A stretch of 63,109 nucleotides of DNA, counting the filler, from Piptocephalis cylindrospora (Eukaryota), in assembly GCA_003614145.1 (NCBI GenBank). It is 7 parts of 7 records of this genome, joined end to end, with 100 filler letters (N's around TTAATTAATTAA, not from the genome) between each part and the next. Parts side by side here need not be neighbours in the genome. Positions count along the whole stretch, not along the records: positions 54,208 to 63,109 come from KZ988122.1; 6 more parts are not named here. One strand, written 5' to 3'. Shown here piece after piece: positions 60,898 to 63,109 of the stretch. Numbering within the stretch: the stretch's first letter is position 1; the number at the start of each line of letters is the position of its first letter. The translations under genes and the position numbers were made by a program. The notes beneath the pieces were generated by a model. It did no database searches, was not told the origin of the DNA, and worked only from the letters and a program-made list of their open reading frames with translations.

Positions 60898-62649
60898 ATG
60901 CAATTGGCCAATCCCAATGCTGAGGTTGCCCGTCGTGGACAGGCCCTTTCGTTGAACATTAATGCCGCTATTGGCCTCCAGGACGTCCTCAAGTCCAACT
61001 TGGGTCCCAAAGGCACCATCAAGATGTAAGCTCTGCAGTTCCCCTCCTCTCCCCTCTTATCCTTTCTCACCTCAAAATCCCGGGTTAGGCTCGTCGACGG
61101 CGCCAACAACATCAAGATTACCAAGGATGGCAAGGTATCCCGCCTCCCCCCCTTTCTTTCCCTCTCCAATATTATCTCATATTTTCCCTTCCCCCTTCCC
61201 CAGGTCCTCCTCTCGGAAATGCAGATCCAGAACCCAACAGCGGTTATGATTGCCAGGGCCGCCACAGCCCAAGATGAGGTCACCGGAGATGGTACCACCG
61301 GGATCGTCCTGCTCGTCGGCGAACTGCTCCGACAGGCCGAGCGGTACGTCTCCGAGGGTCTGCATCCTCGCGTCGTTACCGATGGGTTTGACGCCGCCAA
61401 GAAGGAGGCCCTTGAGTTCCTGGACTCTTACCGCATCACCAAGGGGGAGGATCTGGCCGCTGACCGTGAGCTCCTCTGCTCCGTCGCCCGTACCTCCCTC
61501 CGCACCAAGCTCCACACCGCCCTGGCCGACAAGCTGACCGAGGCCATCGTTGATGCTGTCACCACCCTCAGGACCTCTCCGGATGAGCCCATCGACCTTC
61601 ACATGGTCGAGATGATGAAGATGCATCATAAGGCCGACATGGACACTCGTCTCGTCCGTGGTCTCGTCCTCGATCATGGCGCTCGTCATCCCGATATGCC
61701 CAAGCGTGTCAAGAATGCCTTTATTCTTACCCTCAACGTTTCTCTTGAGTACGAGAAGACGGAGGTCAACTCTTCCTTCTTCTACTCCTCTGCCGATCAG
61801 CGGGAGAAGCTCGTCGAGTCCGAGCGTCGCTTCGTCGATGACCGTCTCCGTAAGATCGTCGAGCTCAAGCATGCCGTCTGCACCGAAGAAGGCCAGAATT
61901 TTGTCATTATCAACCAAAAGGGCATCGACCCCCTCTCCCTGGACATTCTCGCTAAAAATGGCATCTTGGCTCTTCGTCGTGCTAAGCGTCGTAACATGGA
62001 GCGTCTTCAGCTTTGTTGTGGCGGTGTTGCCCAAAACAGCGTGGATGATCTGACCCCCGATGTCCTAGGTTGGGCTGGTCTCGTCTATGAGCACGTCCTT
62101 GGTGAGGACAAGTTCACCTTTGTCGAGGATGTTCGTCACCCCACCTCCGTTACCCTCCTGATCAAGGGCCCCAATGTCCACACCGTTGCCCAGATCGTTG
62201 ACGCCGCCCGCGATGGCCTTCGCGCCGTCAAGAATGCCATCGAGGATGGCTCCGTTGTCCCCGGCGCCGGTGCCTTCCAGGTCGCTTGCTCCGCTCATCT
62301 CAAGGCCCGCGCCTCCAAGGTGGCTCAGGGTAGGGCCAGGATGGGTGTCCAGGCCTACGCTGATGCCCTCCTCATCATCCCCAAGACCCTGGCCCGTAAC
62401 GCTGGTCACGATGCTCAGGATGCCCTTGTCGCCCTAGATGAAGAGGTGTCCGAGGGGCATCTTGCCGGTCTCGATCTCACCACCGGTGAGCCTATGGACC
62501 CTACTATGGAGGGTGTCTGGGACAACTATCGTGTTCTCCGTCACCAGCTTCACTCCTCCACCGTCATTGCCAGTAACCTTCTCCTCGTCGACGAGATGAT
62601 GCGTGCCGGTCGGTCCTCCCTTAAGAGCGAGAATCCCATGGGCCCTTAA
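60898..62649 (+). CDS. CCT6: Chaperonin CCT/TRiC zeta subunit, 3 exons
   Basis: [66 protein letters not shown]. Confidence 0.97.
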
Positions 62650-63109
62650 TTGTGTCGTGCTTGACCACATAACAAGATGAAGAGAGGCTGTACGGGTCAT
62701 CCTTCTATGTCTGTGCTTGAGAGTGTGCGTGGATGGGGTAAGTTGGGATGGTAAAATGAATGGATGAGTGCTTAGAATGAGAGACCAAGGAGCAGGGCGA
62801 ATACATTCTATCAATCAGGCGAGTTCTCTTTTACCACGTCTTCCTAGATGGGTGGATGGATCGGTGTAGCCAAACACCTTGTTTCCCATGCCATTAGCAC
62901 ATTACCTAATGGAGGAAAGACGGTGAAATATTCCCTCCCCCCCCCCGAGATAGTCTAACTAACCAATGATGGATACAATATTGCCTCTCTCTCCTACAGA
63001 AGAAGGGAACTTGGCCGATTTGGAAAGAAGTGCTGGGATCACCGCTTCCGAACAAGGGTGCCGAGTACAGGTGCAAAGAGGAGATTAGGCGGAATTCAAA
63101 AAGAGGAGA

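Overview
Eukaryotic, gene-dense fungal DNA with short GT-AG introns and CT-rich 5' leaders. It resembles an early-diverging fungus such as a Zoopagomycota mycoparasite; this is an inference, not a database result. The window is not contiguous: seven ~8.9-kb contigs of decreasing length are joined by artificial N44-TTAATTAATTAA-N44 linkers, so adjacency across linkers is meaningless. Most content is housekeeping: ATG12, RPT3, PRP31, NUP160, a fungal transcription factor, KGD2, a RAD51C fragment, PCH2, an H2A/H2B pair, tRNA-Asp, a SIZ1 fragment, WBP2-like, ALB1, OSCA/TMEM63, MIC26/27, an alpha/beta hydrolase, FAM32, a TBC RabGAP, NAR1, RPS3, CYSTM and CCT6. Most notable observations: (1) two unlinked secreted proteins share five collinear motif blocks, a candidate new effector family; (2) the 683-nt RPS3 intron holds an oversized box C/D snoRNA candidate, an inverted-microsatellite hairpin and a 5'-proximal TACTAAC; (3) contig 4 has 2354-bp terminal inverted repeats that cut off the start of SIZ1, most likely an amplification or assembly chimera; (4) a dispersed LINE-like 3' remnant with a (TAC)n tail; (5) a stand-alone HDAC6-type ZnF-UBP gene; (6) two homopolymer frameshifts in conserved genes.
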